In this document: in pieces, positions 1 through 8,529 of the stretch | Numbering within the stretch: the stretch's first letter is position 1 | Layout of the letters: each line of letters starts with the position of its first letter | Virus record (IMG/VR): IMGVR_UViG_3300032299_000709 | Coordinates: 1 to 53,927 of that record | Source: a virus | Lineage: Duplodnaviria; Caudoviricetes | DNA: 53,927 nucleotides | Strand: one strand, 5' to 3' | The notes under the pieces: generated by a model | Seen by the model: only the letters and a program-made list of their open reading frames with translations | Databases searched by the model: none | What the model was told of the DNA's origin: nothing | Translations under genes and position numbers: made by a program

Positions 1-51
1 AGACCTGACATTGATTGGGACGCCCTCAAGGGGAGCCGGTGATAGAACTTA
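1..51 (+). CDS. C-terminal end of Cro/YdaS-like HTH regulator (probable continuation of gene starting at 53774)
   Basis: Frame 1 reads RPDIDWDALKGAGDRT*; RPD-x-x-W is the typical tail of YdaS/Cro-like phage proteins. Confidence 0.6.
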
Positions 52-233
52 GATTGGCTTTGTCTTTGGAAGCAATGCGTGCAATTGCTGAAGGGGATGA
101 GTTGGTGTTTGACATCGAAGAAGATAGTGTGCGCGTGTTCATCTCGTGTAATGACGAAGCGGTCAACGCTTTTTACACACAGGTGCAACGCGCTCTCTTG
201 CACATGTTGCCTATCAGCGAGTTGCCAAATTAA
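39..233 (+). CDS. hypothetical protein
   Basis: GTG at 39 preceded by AAGGGAG; part of ORF 15..233. Confidence 0.6.
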   Translation: MIELRLALSLEAMRAIAEGDELVFDIEEDSVRVFISCNDEAVNAFYTQVQRALLHMLPISELPN

Positions 234-274
234 ACCGAGCCGGCCGGATGCCGGTGTTGCATTCAGGAGATATC

Positions 275-472
275 GTGAACTCTCGATTAGAGTATTTTAA
301 AGATCTTATTGCCGACTGCGCTCAAGCAGTTGACGAGCTTGGCATTGAAGAAGAACACCAAGGCGTTGTCATTGCAGCACTGATCCAATCCGACAGCTAC
401 AACGGTTTGCGCAAAGCAATGCTGCAAGCGATGAGCCCCACGTTCGTGATGCAGAGGGGTGACAAGGCATGA
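275..472 (+). CDS. hypothetical protein
   Basis: GTG at 275 after AGGAG; stop overlaps primase start (ATGA). Confidence 0.65.
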   Translation: MNSRLEYFKDLIADCAQAVDELGIEEEHQGVVIAALIQSDSYNGLRKAMLQAMSPTFVMQRGDKA

Positions 473-2784
473 CCCGACCTGAAGTATTGGCGCTCAGCCT
501 AAACAACATACCCCAAGACCTGCAAGCAATGGACCGCTGGGTCCTGTGGAAAAACGTGCAGCGCAGCAAGCCCAACGGCGAGAAGGTCTGGGCCAAGATG
601 CCGCTCTCAGCCAAAGGCGGCGCGGGCAGCTCGACCGACTCAACTACGTGGGTGTCGTTCGGTGCAGCCGTAGACGAATACCTGCTTGGCGATTACGACG
701 GCATCGGCATTGTGCTCGGTGGCGCTCTGCATGGCATCGACCTTGACGACTGCCGTGACCCAGTCACAGGCTCACTGAGTGAGCTTGCCAAAGAAACTCT
801 TGACCGGGTCGAAGGCTACGCCGAGGTGTCGCCGTCTGGCACTGGCTTGAAGATCTTCACGACCACCAACCTCGATGGCAGTCGCACCAAAAAAGAGGCT
901 GGCGTTGAGCTGTACAAAGACGGCCGGTATTTCACAGTGACTGGCCACTCGATCAACGGACACTCGTCGATGCCCATGCTGCCGCAGGACCTAGGCTGGA
1001 TGGTCGAGAAGGTGTGGGGCGACGTGCTCAGCGCTGGCGCTGACGCCGGCGAGGATGCCTTTGCCAACCTGAAATCCACGCTTGACGGGTGGGATCTCGA
1101 ACGCGTGGTCGATGAGGTGCTCGTGCACCTTGACCCCGACACGGGCTACGGTGACTGGCTCAAGATCGGTGCTGCGCTGCACCACCAGAGCGGCGGCGAC
1201 CCTGAGTGGCTCGACGCATGGGACAACTGGAGCGCTGCCTCTGGCAAGTGGGTCGAGGGCTACTGCGCCGAGAAGTGGGAGAGTTTTAGTACGGCGCGCG
1301 CGACTGGCCGCGGTGCAATCACATTGGCGTCTCTGCTGCACATCACCAAAGACAAACGCGAAGTGGCCAAGCTCGACAAGAGAGACGAGGCCATGAGGCT
1401 GGTGATGGACATGGTCGAGAACTGCGCAGACGTACGTCAGCTGCAAGAGAAGATCGCTGCCGGCATCGCACACACTGCCGAAGTGTCGGACGTGGAACGC
1501 GAACAGCTCGCTGTTGCGATCCAGTCAAAGGCCAAGGACCTAGGCACGAAGCTGCCTTTGTCAACTGTCCGGGGGTGGGTTCGGGCGAGGGTCAAAGTCT
1601 CGGGCGGCTTCGTCAACTTGAACGATGAGGGTTATCCCTTATGCACGCTGCCCAACTTTTATGTGCTGATGGACAAGCTGGGTTACTCGGTCAGGTACAA
1701 CGTGATTAAGAAGGCGATCGAGCTGCTCATTCCTAACACAGCATTCACACGCGACAACCGAGACAACGCTGCCATATCGCACGTCTTGTCTGAGTGCGAG
1801 ACCGTTCGCATGCCGACCAAGCACGTATCACAATTCCTGATCACGCTTGCAGACAAGAACCAATACAACCCTGTTGTGATGTGGATCGAGTCAAAGGAAT
1901 GGGACGGCGTGTCGCGACTCGATGACTTCTACGCCACCGTGCGGGTGCCGGCCGGCGGCGAGAAGATGAAGCGCAAGCTCATGCGTAAATGGCTCATCCA
2001 AGCGGTAGCCGCTGCTTTTAGCCCTGATGGCATTGCTGGCCAAGGCATCTTGACCTTTGTCGGACCGCAGAACATCGGTAAGACAACTTGGTTCCAAAGG
2101 CTGGCGCCGGCCTCACTTGACGCGGTGCTGACAGGCCACACTCTGGACATGAGGTCCAAGGACTCGATCTTCATTGCCCTGTCCTACTGGATCGTGGAGC
2201 TGGGTGAGCTTGACGCGACCTTTTCCAAGTCTGAAATCAGTGCGCTGAAGTCATTCACCACACAGGCCATGGACAAGCTGCGCCGGCCATACGCTGCAAC
2301 CGAATCGAACTTTGGCCGTCGCACCGTGTTTGGCGGGACGGTCAACGAATCCCAATACCTGAACGACCCGACCGGCAACAGGCGGTTCTGGTCGATCGAG
2401 GTCGACGGGTTTGATTTGGATAGCGGGATTGACATGCAGCAGCTCTGGGCCGAAGTGAAGGGGTTGTGGGCAAGCGGCGAAAACTGGGCCCTGAACATGC
2501 AAGAGATGGGCGAACTGAACATACACAACGAGGAGTTCACCGTGGTTGATCCGATTGAAGAACGCTTGGCGGCCGCATTTAACTGGTCGGAGTTGGGGCT
2601 TGGAAACGATTTGTGGGTGACGGCAACCGATGCGCTGATGAAGATTGGTGTGCGAGATCCGTCAAAAGGGCAGACGATCACGGCGGGCAGGGCATTAAAA
2701 AAATTGAACGGCGGTCAGCGCAAAAAGACAAACGGGCGCGTGGTTTTCTTGGTTCCTGCCGATGAGCCTGAATTTACAGGGTAA
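469..2784 (+). CDS. DNA primase-helicase: AEP/Prim-Pol domain + PriCT-2 + VirE-type P-loop ATPase
   Basis: GIDLDDC and EVSPSGTG primase motifs; YGDWLKIGAALH...WDNWS...KWESF (PriCT-2); GPQNIGKT Walker A; RRPY, DPTGNRRFW (VirE). Confidence 0.9.
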   Translation: MTRPEVLALSLNNIPQDLQAMDRWVLWKNVQRSKPNGEKVWAKMPLSAKGGAGSSTDSTTWVSFGAAVDEYLLGDYDGIGIVLGGALHGIDLDDCRDPVTGSLSELAKETLDRVEGYAEVSPSGTGLKIFTTTNLDGSRTKKEAGVELYKDGRYFTVTGHSINGHSSMPMLPQDLGWMVEKVWGDVLSAGADAGEDAFANLKSTLDGWDLERVVDEVLVHLDPDTGYGDWLKIGAALHHQSGGDPEWLDAWDNWSAASGKWVEGYCAEKWESFSTARATGRGAITLASLLHITKDKREVAKLDKRDEAMRLVMDMVENCADVRQLQEKIAAGIAHTAEVSDVEREQLAVAIQSKAKDLGTKLPLSTVRGWVRARVKVSGGFVNLNDEGYPLCTLPNFYVLMDKLGYSVRYNVIKKAIELLIPNTAFTRDNRDNAAISHVLSECETVRMPTKHVSQFLITLADKNQYNPVVMWIESKEWDGVSRLDDFYATVRVPAGGEKMKRKLMRKWLIQAVAAAFSPDGIAGQGILTFVGPQNIGKTTWFQRLAPASLDAVLTGHTLDMRSKDSIFIALSYWIVELGELDATFSKSEISALKSFTTQAMDKLRRPYAATESNFGRRTVFGGTVNESQYLNDPTGNRRFWSIEVDGFDLDSGIDMQQLWAEVKGLWASGENWALNMQEMGELNIHNEEFTVVDPIEERLAAAFNWSELGLGNDLWVTATDALMKIGVRDPSKGQTITAGRALKKLNGGQRKKTNGRVVFLVPADEPEFTG

Positions 2785-2996
2785 AGAAGGCCTATTACCC
2801 TGCCTATTACCCTGACCTATTACCCTGACCTAAGTCTTTGAAATGATTGAAGAATATAGTAGTTAGGGTAATAAGGGTAATAGAAAAAGATATACATATT
2901 TTAGGAAGATGATAGTTGACAGTTGTGGCAAATGTTAGTGTTTCCCAAAGGTATATATAGGAAAATCATTGCCCTGTAATGCCCTATTACCCTGAG
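2776..2996. repeat. iteron-like repeats; probable replication origin
   Basis: CCTATTACCCTG x3 (2791, 2803, 2816), inverted AGGGTAATA x2 (2865-2882), AT-rich spacer, more copies at 2968-2994; directly after the primase-helicase. Confidence 0.75.
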
Positions 2997-3008
2997 ACTG
3001 GAAAAGAC

Positions 3009-3275
3009 ATGCTGGAAAAGAAAATTGAGGAGCGGCTGAAGACAAGGGCCAAAGAGGCAGGTGGTCTGGCGATCAAGTGGGTGTCGCCGTCCATGAGCGG
3101 GGTTCCTGACCGGATTGTTTTTCTGCCGGGGGGCAAGATTATTTTTGTGGAACTGAAGCGGCCGGGCGAAAAGCCAACACCGCTTCAGGACCGGATCATT
3201 GGAATGCTGAGGGGGCTGGGCGCCGATGTGCGTGTGGCCGATTCAATGGAGAAGGTAGATGAAATTTTCAGCTAG
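3009..3275 (+). CDS. VRR-NUC domain nuclease
   Basis: LEKKIE...KWVSP...GVPDRIV...FVELKRPG..PTPLQ. Confidence 0.9.
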   Translation: MLEKKIEERLKTRAKEAGGLAIKWVSPSMSGVPDRIVFLPGGKIIFVELKRPGEKPTPLQDRIIGMLRGLGADVRVADSMEKVDEIFS

Positions 3276-4572
3276 ACCGGCGCAGGCCGTGACGATTCAA
3301 AGGATGGTGGACGAGACCTACCAGCTGATTGCGCTTCGCATGGGTGCAGGAAAAACGGTGGCAACCCTGACCGCGGTTGAGCAGCTGGGGATAAAGACTT
3401 TGGTGGTGGCGCCTAAGCGGGTCGCAGAGCTCGTGTGGCACACGGAAGCGGCTAAGTGGGACCACCTATCCAACTTGCGGGTTTCAAAGGTGCTGGGGCC
3501 CGTTAAGCAGCGAATGGAGGGGTTGTTGAGTGAGGCCGACGTTTACGTGATCAACCGGGAAAACTTTACTTGGCTGGTGGCCTTGGTCAAAGAGAGCAAG
3601 CAGCCTTGGCCTTTTCAATGCGTGGTGATAGACGAGAACAGGGGTTTCAAGGACCGGGCCAGCAAGGCGTGGCAGGCATTGAAGTCGGTCCGCGGTCAGA
3701 TTCAGAAGCTGTACATCCTTACAGGCACGCCAGATCCCAACGGCGACTTGTTGGACCTGTGGGCCCAAATCAGCATCATGGACGGCGGCAAGAGACTGGG
3801 CACCGGGATCACCAAATACCGAGACAAGTGGTACGTGCCAGACAAGCGCAACGGCCAAACGATTTACAGCTGGAAGCTCAGGAAGGGTGCAAGGCAAGAG
3901 ATCCAAGAGGCGGTGAGGGACGTGATGGTCAGCGTGGACAGCGGCGTTGAGATGCCAGAGCGCATCGACAACGTGGTCCAAGTGACGTTTGACATGAAGC
4001 GATACCGGGACATGGAAGCAACCATGGTGAGCGGCAACGTGATGGCGGTTAACGCAGCGGTGCTGGCCGGCAAGCTGGGGCAGATGGCCAACGGTGCGGT
4101 GTACGACGACAACCGGTTGGTGCATCCGATACATGATGCCAAGCTGGATGCACTCGAAGAAATCTTGGATCAGGGCGAACCGGTTCTTTGCTTTACTGCT
4201 TACGTGCACGACATGGATCGGATCAAGGCAAGGTTCCCGGACGCGGTGCAGTTCGATGGCGAGGCCTCATTGGCCCGCTGGCAGGCCGGAGAGATCAAGT
4301 TGATGGTGATGCACCCAGCTAGTGGCGGACACGGCGTAGACGGCCTTCAGGTGGGCGGCAATGTGGCTGTTTGGTTTGGCCTGCCTTTTAGCTTGGACCT
4401 GTACGAGCAGGCCAATGCAAGGCTTCACAGGTCTGGACAAAAGAACGAGGTTGTTGTGCACCACCTTGTGTCCGTGGGCACGATCGACGAAAGAATCATG
4501 GCGGTGCTTGCAAGCAAGGGCAACATGCAGCAAGCATTAATCGACGCGGTCAACGAAGCAAAGGGGAAATGA
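3259..4572 (+). CDS. SNF2-like SF2 helicase
   Basis: MGAGKT, VVIDE, LTGTP, HPASGGHG, QANARLHRSGQ. Confidence 0.9.
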   Translation: MKFSARPAQAVTIQRMVDETYQLIALRMGAGKTVATLTAVEQLGIKTLVVAPKRVAELVWHTEAAKWDHLSNLRVSKVLGPVKQRMEGLLSEADVYVINRENFTWLVALVKESKQPWPFQCVVIDENRGFKDRASKAWQALKSVRGQIQKLYILTGTPDPNGDLLDLWAQISIMDGGKRLGTGITKYRDKWYVPDKRNGQTIYSWKLRKGARQEIQEAVRDVMVSVDSGVEMPERIDNVVQVTFDMKRYRDMEATMVSGNVMAVNAAVLAGKLGQMANGAVYDDNRLVHPIHDAKLDALEEILDQGEPVLCFTAYVHDMDRIKARFPDAVQFDGEASLARWQAGEIKLMVMHPASGGHGVDGLQVGGNVAVWFGLPFSLDLYEQANARLHRSGQKNEVVVHHLVSVGTIDERIMAVLASKGNMQQALIDAVNEAKGK

Positions 4573-5030
4573 TGTTTAAAGAGCGAATCACAAAAGCGCA
4601 AGTGTCAAAGAATCTGGGCGAGGTTCCGACCAATGAGATTGGCGACATCGACTTGGTGAGAGCTTGTGGGATGGCCGGCGTAGGCAACCCGCTGGGGCTG
4701 GCTATTTGGCGGTGGCGATATGCGGGTGACACACGAGAAGTGTTTCGCATTGCAGAGGCTTTGATTGCGATGGGATATGAGGCACAGGTGGTCTACAACG
4801 TAATGCACCACTTGTCCAAGGACGTGTGTAGCGTGTGTCAAGGCAGGGGCTACAGCATTATCAAAGGCACGCCGGTTTTAAGCGATGAGATTTGTTTGGA
4901 TTGCAAGGGCGCAGGTCGCAAAGAACTAAAAGGCGAAGCAGAAACAAAATTGGCCGCTGAAATCACCCGCTTGGAGCAGGAGATCGCAGCGGCCATCATG
5001 AGGAAGTTAGCTAGGCAGATTGACTTCTGA
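4569..5030 (+). CDS. putative late-gene antiterminator/activator (Q-like, Zn finger)
   Basis: Two CxxCxGxG motifs (CSVCQGRG, CLDCKGAG); last gene of the rightward replication operon. Confidence 0.55.
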   Translation: MMFKERITKAQVSKNLGEVPTNEIGDIDLVRACGMAGVGNPLGLAIWRWRYAGDTREVFRIAEALIAMGYEAQVVYNVMHHLSKDVCSVCQGRGYSIIKGTPVLSDEICLDCKGAGRKELKGEAETKLAAEITRLEQEIAAAIMRKLARQIDF

Positions 5031-5406
5031 TTACTTGGTTGCAGTGGGGGCAGACGTCCTTGTCTTCACGACGTTTGATGGCGCGGTGAACAGCGGACTG
5101 GTTGATGCCAAGAGCCTTGGCAGCAGCGTAGACCGTCATGCCGTCCTTCTCAACCCGGTCAACAGCCAACATGGTTCGTGACTTGGTGGCAGGGTCAAGG
5201 TCTTTGTCCTTGGACCAGATGGCCACCGCAGTCTCGGGCCATTCATCAGGCTTAGCCGTGAAAGCCGAAGCCGACAGCTGACCAGCGTTGTCCCAAGCAA
5301 CGAGGTATTTGAGATCTGGATTTTCTGATGTTTCTCGAAGTTTCTTTTTAAGATTTTCTGACCAACCGTTGGTCTGTAAAAAGTCGTCGAGGGTTTGATG
5401 TTTCAT
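5011..5406 (-). CDS. HTH DNA-binding protein with C-terminal CPxC
   Basis: GMTVYAAAKALGINQSAVHRAIKR helix-turn-helix; ATG at 5406 after GGAG. Confidence 0.7.
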   Translation of the reverse strand: MKHQTLDDFLQTNGWSENLKKKLRETSENPDLKYLVAWDNAGQLSASAFTAKPDEWPETAVAIWSKDKDLDPATKSRTMLAVDRVEKDGMTVYAAAKALGINQSAVHRAIKRREDKDVCPHCNQVIRSQSA

Positions 5407-5483
5407 AAAGGTCTCCATACCATGAGGTCCATAACAAGGACGAAAAGCCCGAAGGCGTAGACGGCTGCGTATGCGTAGTTCAA
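5403..5483 (-). CDS. 26-aa single-TM peptide (MNYAYAAVYAFGLFVLVMDLMVWRPL)
   Basis: TTG start overlaps the upstream stop and its stop overlaps the downstream ATG; AGGAG upstream; not in ORF track. Confidence 0.55.
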   Translation of the reverse strand: MNYAYAAVYAFGLFVLVMDLMVWRPL

Positions 5484-5752
5484 TCTAAGGTCTCCTGAAT
5501 GTCGTCTGCAATTTGGTTGAAGTCATCCATGATGCTGTCGAGCATGCCCAGAGCGGATTCAAGGGTGTTAAGGCCTTCGCTTGTGGCTTCCCCTTTTTCT
5601 GACTGCTGCAAACCTTCGGGCATGTTTTCAAAGGCCTCACGTTCTTCGTCAACCGTGATGCTGAAATCAGTGTAAAGATTTGAAGCCTCATCGGCCGCAG
5701 CACGTAGCCGGTCGATGAGGGCGTGTAATTCTTTGCGTCTTTTGTCGTTCAT
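5480..5752 (-). CDS. hypothetical early protein, acidic helical
   Basis: ATG at 5752 after CAGGAG; MNDKRRKE...EEREAFENMPEGLQQSEKGE. Confidence 0.75.
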   Translation of the reverse strand: MNDKRRKELHALIDRLRAAADEASNLYTDFSITVDEEREAFENMPEGLQQSEKGEATSEGLNTLESALGMLDSIMDDFNQIADDIQETLD

Positions 5753-5772
5753 ACAATAAATTCTCCTGAGTC

Positions 5773-5845
5773 CTGACATCCGGTCAGATCGGTAGTGCGA
5801 TCGCACTGCATAGAGCACCCTTGCGGATGCCCTACACGCTACGAT
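5773..5845 (-). ncRNA. structured intergenic RNA element, copy 1
   Basis: Long bulged hairpin with GCAA loop, palindrome AGTGCGATCGCACT, then CTGAC-CGGAT-GTCAG hairpin; paralogous to 6832-6895. Confidence 0.55.
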
Positions 5846-6801
5846 CAAGCAGGCAGCAAAGCAGCCAAGGCGCGCTGCTTGAGGTCAGCACCGGCGCCCC
5901 ACTGAGAAGCCACGAAGCGGTTCTCATCAGAGCGGGCACGGGCGTGGTGGTCGGCGTACTCTGTGAACGCGTTGAGCAAGCCCCAACGTGTACCCATCAC
6001 ACCGTCCATCTGAGCACCCATGCCTGCGCCGTTGAACAACGACAGGACCTTCTTGAAGCCCGCGGCTTCGCGGACCTTCTCGCCGTTGCCAAAGATGCTG
6101 GCGGTGATGTCGCCGGCTTCTTCTTCGAGCAACTCGATGTTGGCCAACTTGACAACGTTGTGACGGAAGGCGTCCCAAGCAGCAGTGTTCAGGCCCATGA
6201 ATTCCTTGACGGACTCGGGATCAAACACAGAGCGGTGAGTAACCTTGATCGTTGACTTGTCAGCCAACGCCATAGCCAGTGTGTTTTTGCACACAGTGCG
6301 CACAGTGGTGCGACGCACCTCAGTGGCCAGCGAACCGTCAGCGCTTGTGCTGATCAGGATGTAGCCACCGATCGTGTCTGCCACCGAAGTGGGAGCAGCT
6401 TCGCCGATCTTGGCTGTTGCCCAGAAGCGTTTGCCACCGTAGATGGTGCCAGCTGCTGAGAGCTCCAAGCCACCAGCGCGGGCAATGTCGCGGAAGAATT
6501 CCACAACGTCGCCGGGCTGAACGACTTGGTAACGACTGGACACAACACCGAGAGGCTTCTTTGTGTCAGAGCGGAACAGAACGTGCTGTTCTGGCAACTC
6601 CAACTGTGAGCCGTCGAAGTCAGTGTTGTAGCGAACGATACCGCGTTTGATTTTCCAATCCATGCCAGCGGCTACGCGCCAAGCATCGAGGCTAGTGCCA
6701 TCTTCGAGTGCTTGACCCAGACCGTGCCATGGGGTTCCGTCCGAAGCAAGGTATGCAAATTCGACGCGGCCGTCAGCGTGTGTGGTGAGTTCGTGAGACA
6801 T
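5845..6801 (-). CDS. DUF932 family phage/plasmid protein (TIGR03299-like)
   Basis: MSHEL...PWHGLG...AGMDW...LGVVSSRYQVVQ...RTVCKNTL...GTRWGLLNAFTEYADH; SD AAAGGA. Confidence 0.85.
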   Translation of the reverse strand: MSHELTTHADGRVEFAYLASDGTPWHGLGQALEDGTSLDAWRVAAGMDWKIKRGIVRYNTDFDGSQLELPEQHVLFRSDTKKPLGVVSSRYQVVQPGDVVEFFRDIARAGGLELSAAGTIYGGKRFWATAKIGEAAPTSVADTIGGYILISTSADGSLATEVRRTTVRTVCKNTLAMALADKSTIKVTHRSVFDPESVKEFMGLNTAAWDAFRHNVVKLANIELLEEEAGDITASIFGNGEKVREAAGFKKVLSLFNGAGMGAQMDGVMGTRWGLLNAFTEYADHHARARSDENRFVASQWGAGADLKQRALAALLPA

Positions 6802-6831
6802 GATTAAATTTCCTTTAGGTTGGTTTAGATA

Positions 6832-6895
6832 CTGGCGTGAGCCAGAGTGCGAATCGCACTGCACTGCACCCTGTCACGGTGCAGCACGCTGAGAT
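6832..6895 (-). ncRNA. structured intergenic RNA element, copy 2
   Basis: ATCTCAGCGTGCTGCACC-loop-GGTGCAGTGCAGTGCGAT hairpin, AGTGCGA-T-TCGCACT inverted repeat, CTGGC-TCAC-GCCAG hairpin. Confidence 0.55.
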
Positions 6896-7071
6896 CAGGC
6901 AAGAGCGGGAACTACGGGCACCGGTTTGTAACCGGCTTGCCGAATCAATTTAATTGCCTGACTGGTCAGGGTCTTTGTGCCTGCCAAAGCTGCAAAGAAC
7001 TTGGCTTGGTCACACACTGGGTACACGGTTTGAACGCCGTACACGTTTTTGATTTCAACAAAAATGTCCAT
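6895..7071 (-). CDS. small early protein, 58 aa (MDIFVEIKNVYGVQTVYPVCDQAKFFAALAGTKTLT...)
   Basis: ATG at 7071 after TAGGAAACC; first ORF of the leftward operon; below ORF-track cutoff. Confidence 0.75.
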   Translation of the reverse strand: MDIFVEIKNVYGVQTVYPVCDQAKFFAALAGTKTLTSQAIKLIRQAGYKPVPVVPALA

Positions 7072-7287
7072 GATGGTTTCCTAAAAAATATCAAGCTGTT
7101 GTCGGCCGCCTGAATACACCGCCAAAGAACAGCACGCTGCTCTTTGGTTTCCTTCGCACTCGTCAGTCTGGGGGACTGGTTCTTAGCGGTCTGGCCTTTT
7201 GGTTCCCTGTCGGTACTTCGTAATCGGCTGGTTCCCTTTTTGTATTCCGCTGGTCCTTTGCGGTGGGTCGTTAATGACCACAACTGA

Positions 7288-7315
7288 AATGTAGCACAGT
7301 GACAGTGCATGGCAA
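7288..7315 (-). promoter_or_regulatory. sigma70-like early promoter (leftward)
   Basis: TTGCCA-16-TACATT with extended -10 TGn. Confidence 0.55.
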
Positions 7316-7401
7316 CTACTTTTTAAAAAGTTGCGCAAATACAACTAAAATAATTTAAAAGCGTTGTTTTTACGCAACTAAAAATAGTTGGCTTTTGCCA
7401 C

Positions 7402-7502
7402 TTGACCTCGAAATCTTGTTGGTTTATCCTCTGCGTGCGCAGGTGCGCCCGCTTAAAGGCGAACAAACCCCTAAGAAGAGCCGTCAATTTGCACGGCTCT
7501 TT
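7402..7502 (+). promoter_or_regulatory. late promoter + GTGCGCCC hairpin + terminator, module 1
   Basis: TTGACC-17-TATCCT; GTGCGCCC at 7443; AAGAGCCGT/ACGGCTCTT hairpin. Confidence 0.65.
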
Positions 7503-7519
7503 GCCTATTTGGAGCCTTC

Positions 7520-7762
7520 ATGGCCAAGACAATTACTATCGAAATGGCTGACGACGGCACGGTCATGGTTTCAACCAGTGAGGGCGGCGAGCCTTACATG
7601 TGCGAAAGCATCGCTGAGTGTCGTCAATACGTGGACAATATGCTGGCTGAAGAAGCCGGAGAAGGTCCGCAAGAGCAATCCATGGAAGGCCCCGAGGAGT
7701 ACGGCCAGATGTGGAACGAAGAAGCGGCCAGCCGCAAACCCCAACCGGGCCTGATGGCCTAA
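7520..7762 (+). CDS. hypothetical acidic protein
   Basis: GGAG SD; first gene of the late operon. Confidence 0.75.
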   Translation: MAKTITIEMADDGTVMVSTSEGGEPYMCESIAECRQYVDNMLAEEAGEGPQEQSMEGPEEYGQMWNEEAASRKPQPGLMA

Positions 7763-7778
7763 CCTCAAGGAGCTACAC

Positions 7779-8033
7779 ATGCAAGACTACTCAAACCCAG
7801 AATCACGTAACAAGATGCGCGCAGCAGGCGGCATGACAGGCAACGCGGCCAAGATGCCCGGCGCTGCTATTGGCGGCGGCGGCAACCAGACGCAAGGCGC
7901 TGGCGAGATCCCCGGCAAAGTGTCCGTGCCCCTGCCCGGCACAAACGCTACGCAGCCCGCGTTCAAAAAAGAAGGCGGCGCGGTCAAGGCACCTGTTGGC
8001 TTCAACAACGGCATCATCAACGGAATGATCTAA
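7779..8033 (+). CDS. hypothetical Gly-rich protein
   Basis: AAGGAG SD; ORF coupled to the next gene. Confidence 0.75.
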   Translation: MQDYSNPESRNKMRAAGGMTGNAAKMPGAAIGGGGNQTQGAGEIPGKVSVPLPGTNATQPAFKKEGGAVKAPVGFNNGIINGMI

Positions 8034-8212
8034 TGGCCAAGCCCGGCTTGTACGCCAACATCCAAGCCAAGAGGGCACGCATAGCCTCTGGCTCGGGTGA
8101 ACGCATGCGCCAGCCCGGCGAAAAGGGTGCACCTACCAAGGCTGACTTTGTCGAGTCGGCCAAGACGGCCAAGCCGGCCAAGGCTGGCATCATTCGAGGG
8201 GCGATGAAATGA
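8033..8212 (+). CDS. small basic protein, 59 aa (MAKPGLYANIQAKRARIASGSGERMRQPGEKGAPT...)
   Basis: TAATG and ATGA overlaps with neighbours; not in ORF track. Confidence 0.75.
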   Translation: MAKPGLYANIQAKRARIASGSGERMRQPGEKGAPTKADFVESAKTAKPAKAGIIRGAMK

Positions 8213-8529
8213 AGAGCCCCGCTTGGCAACGCAAAGAAGGCAAGGCGCCATCAGGCGGCCTCAATGCCAAAGGCCGCGCCAGCGCAAAGGCTGAGGGGAT
8301 GAACCTCAAAGCCCCAGTCAAAGCCGGCGACAATCCTCGCCGCGCTTCCTTTTTGGCGCGCATGGGCAACATGCCCGGCCCTGAACGCAAGGACGGCGAG
8401 CCCACGCGATTGCTGCTAAGTCTCAATGCTTGGGGTGCCAGCAGCAAAGCTGACGCCAAGGCAAAGGCCAAAGCGATCAGCGCGCGCAACGAAGGCCTTG
8501 TGCGGGGAGCAATGAAAAATGGCAAGTAG
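8209..8529 (+). CDS. basic phage protein (DUF6321-like)
   Basis: AWQRKEGK..SGGLNAKGRAS...RRASFLARM. Confidence 0.65.
   Translation: MKSPAWQRKEGKAPSGGLNAKGRASAKAEGMNLKAPVKAGDNPRRASFLARMGNMPGPERKDGEPTRLLLSLNAWGASSKADAKAKAKAISARNEGLVRGAMKNGK

Noticed and set aside
7120-7170. Hammerhead-like CTGACGAG...GAAAC on the minus strand
   Set aside because: No pairable stem II between CUGACGA and GAAA, and stem III is followed by C rather than the required U-H.
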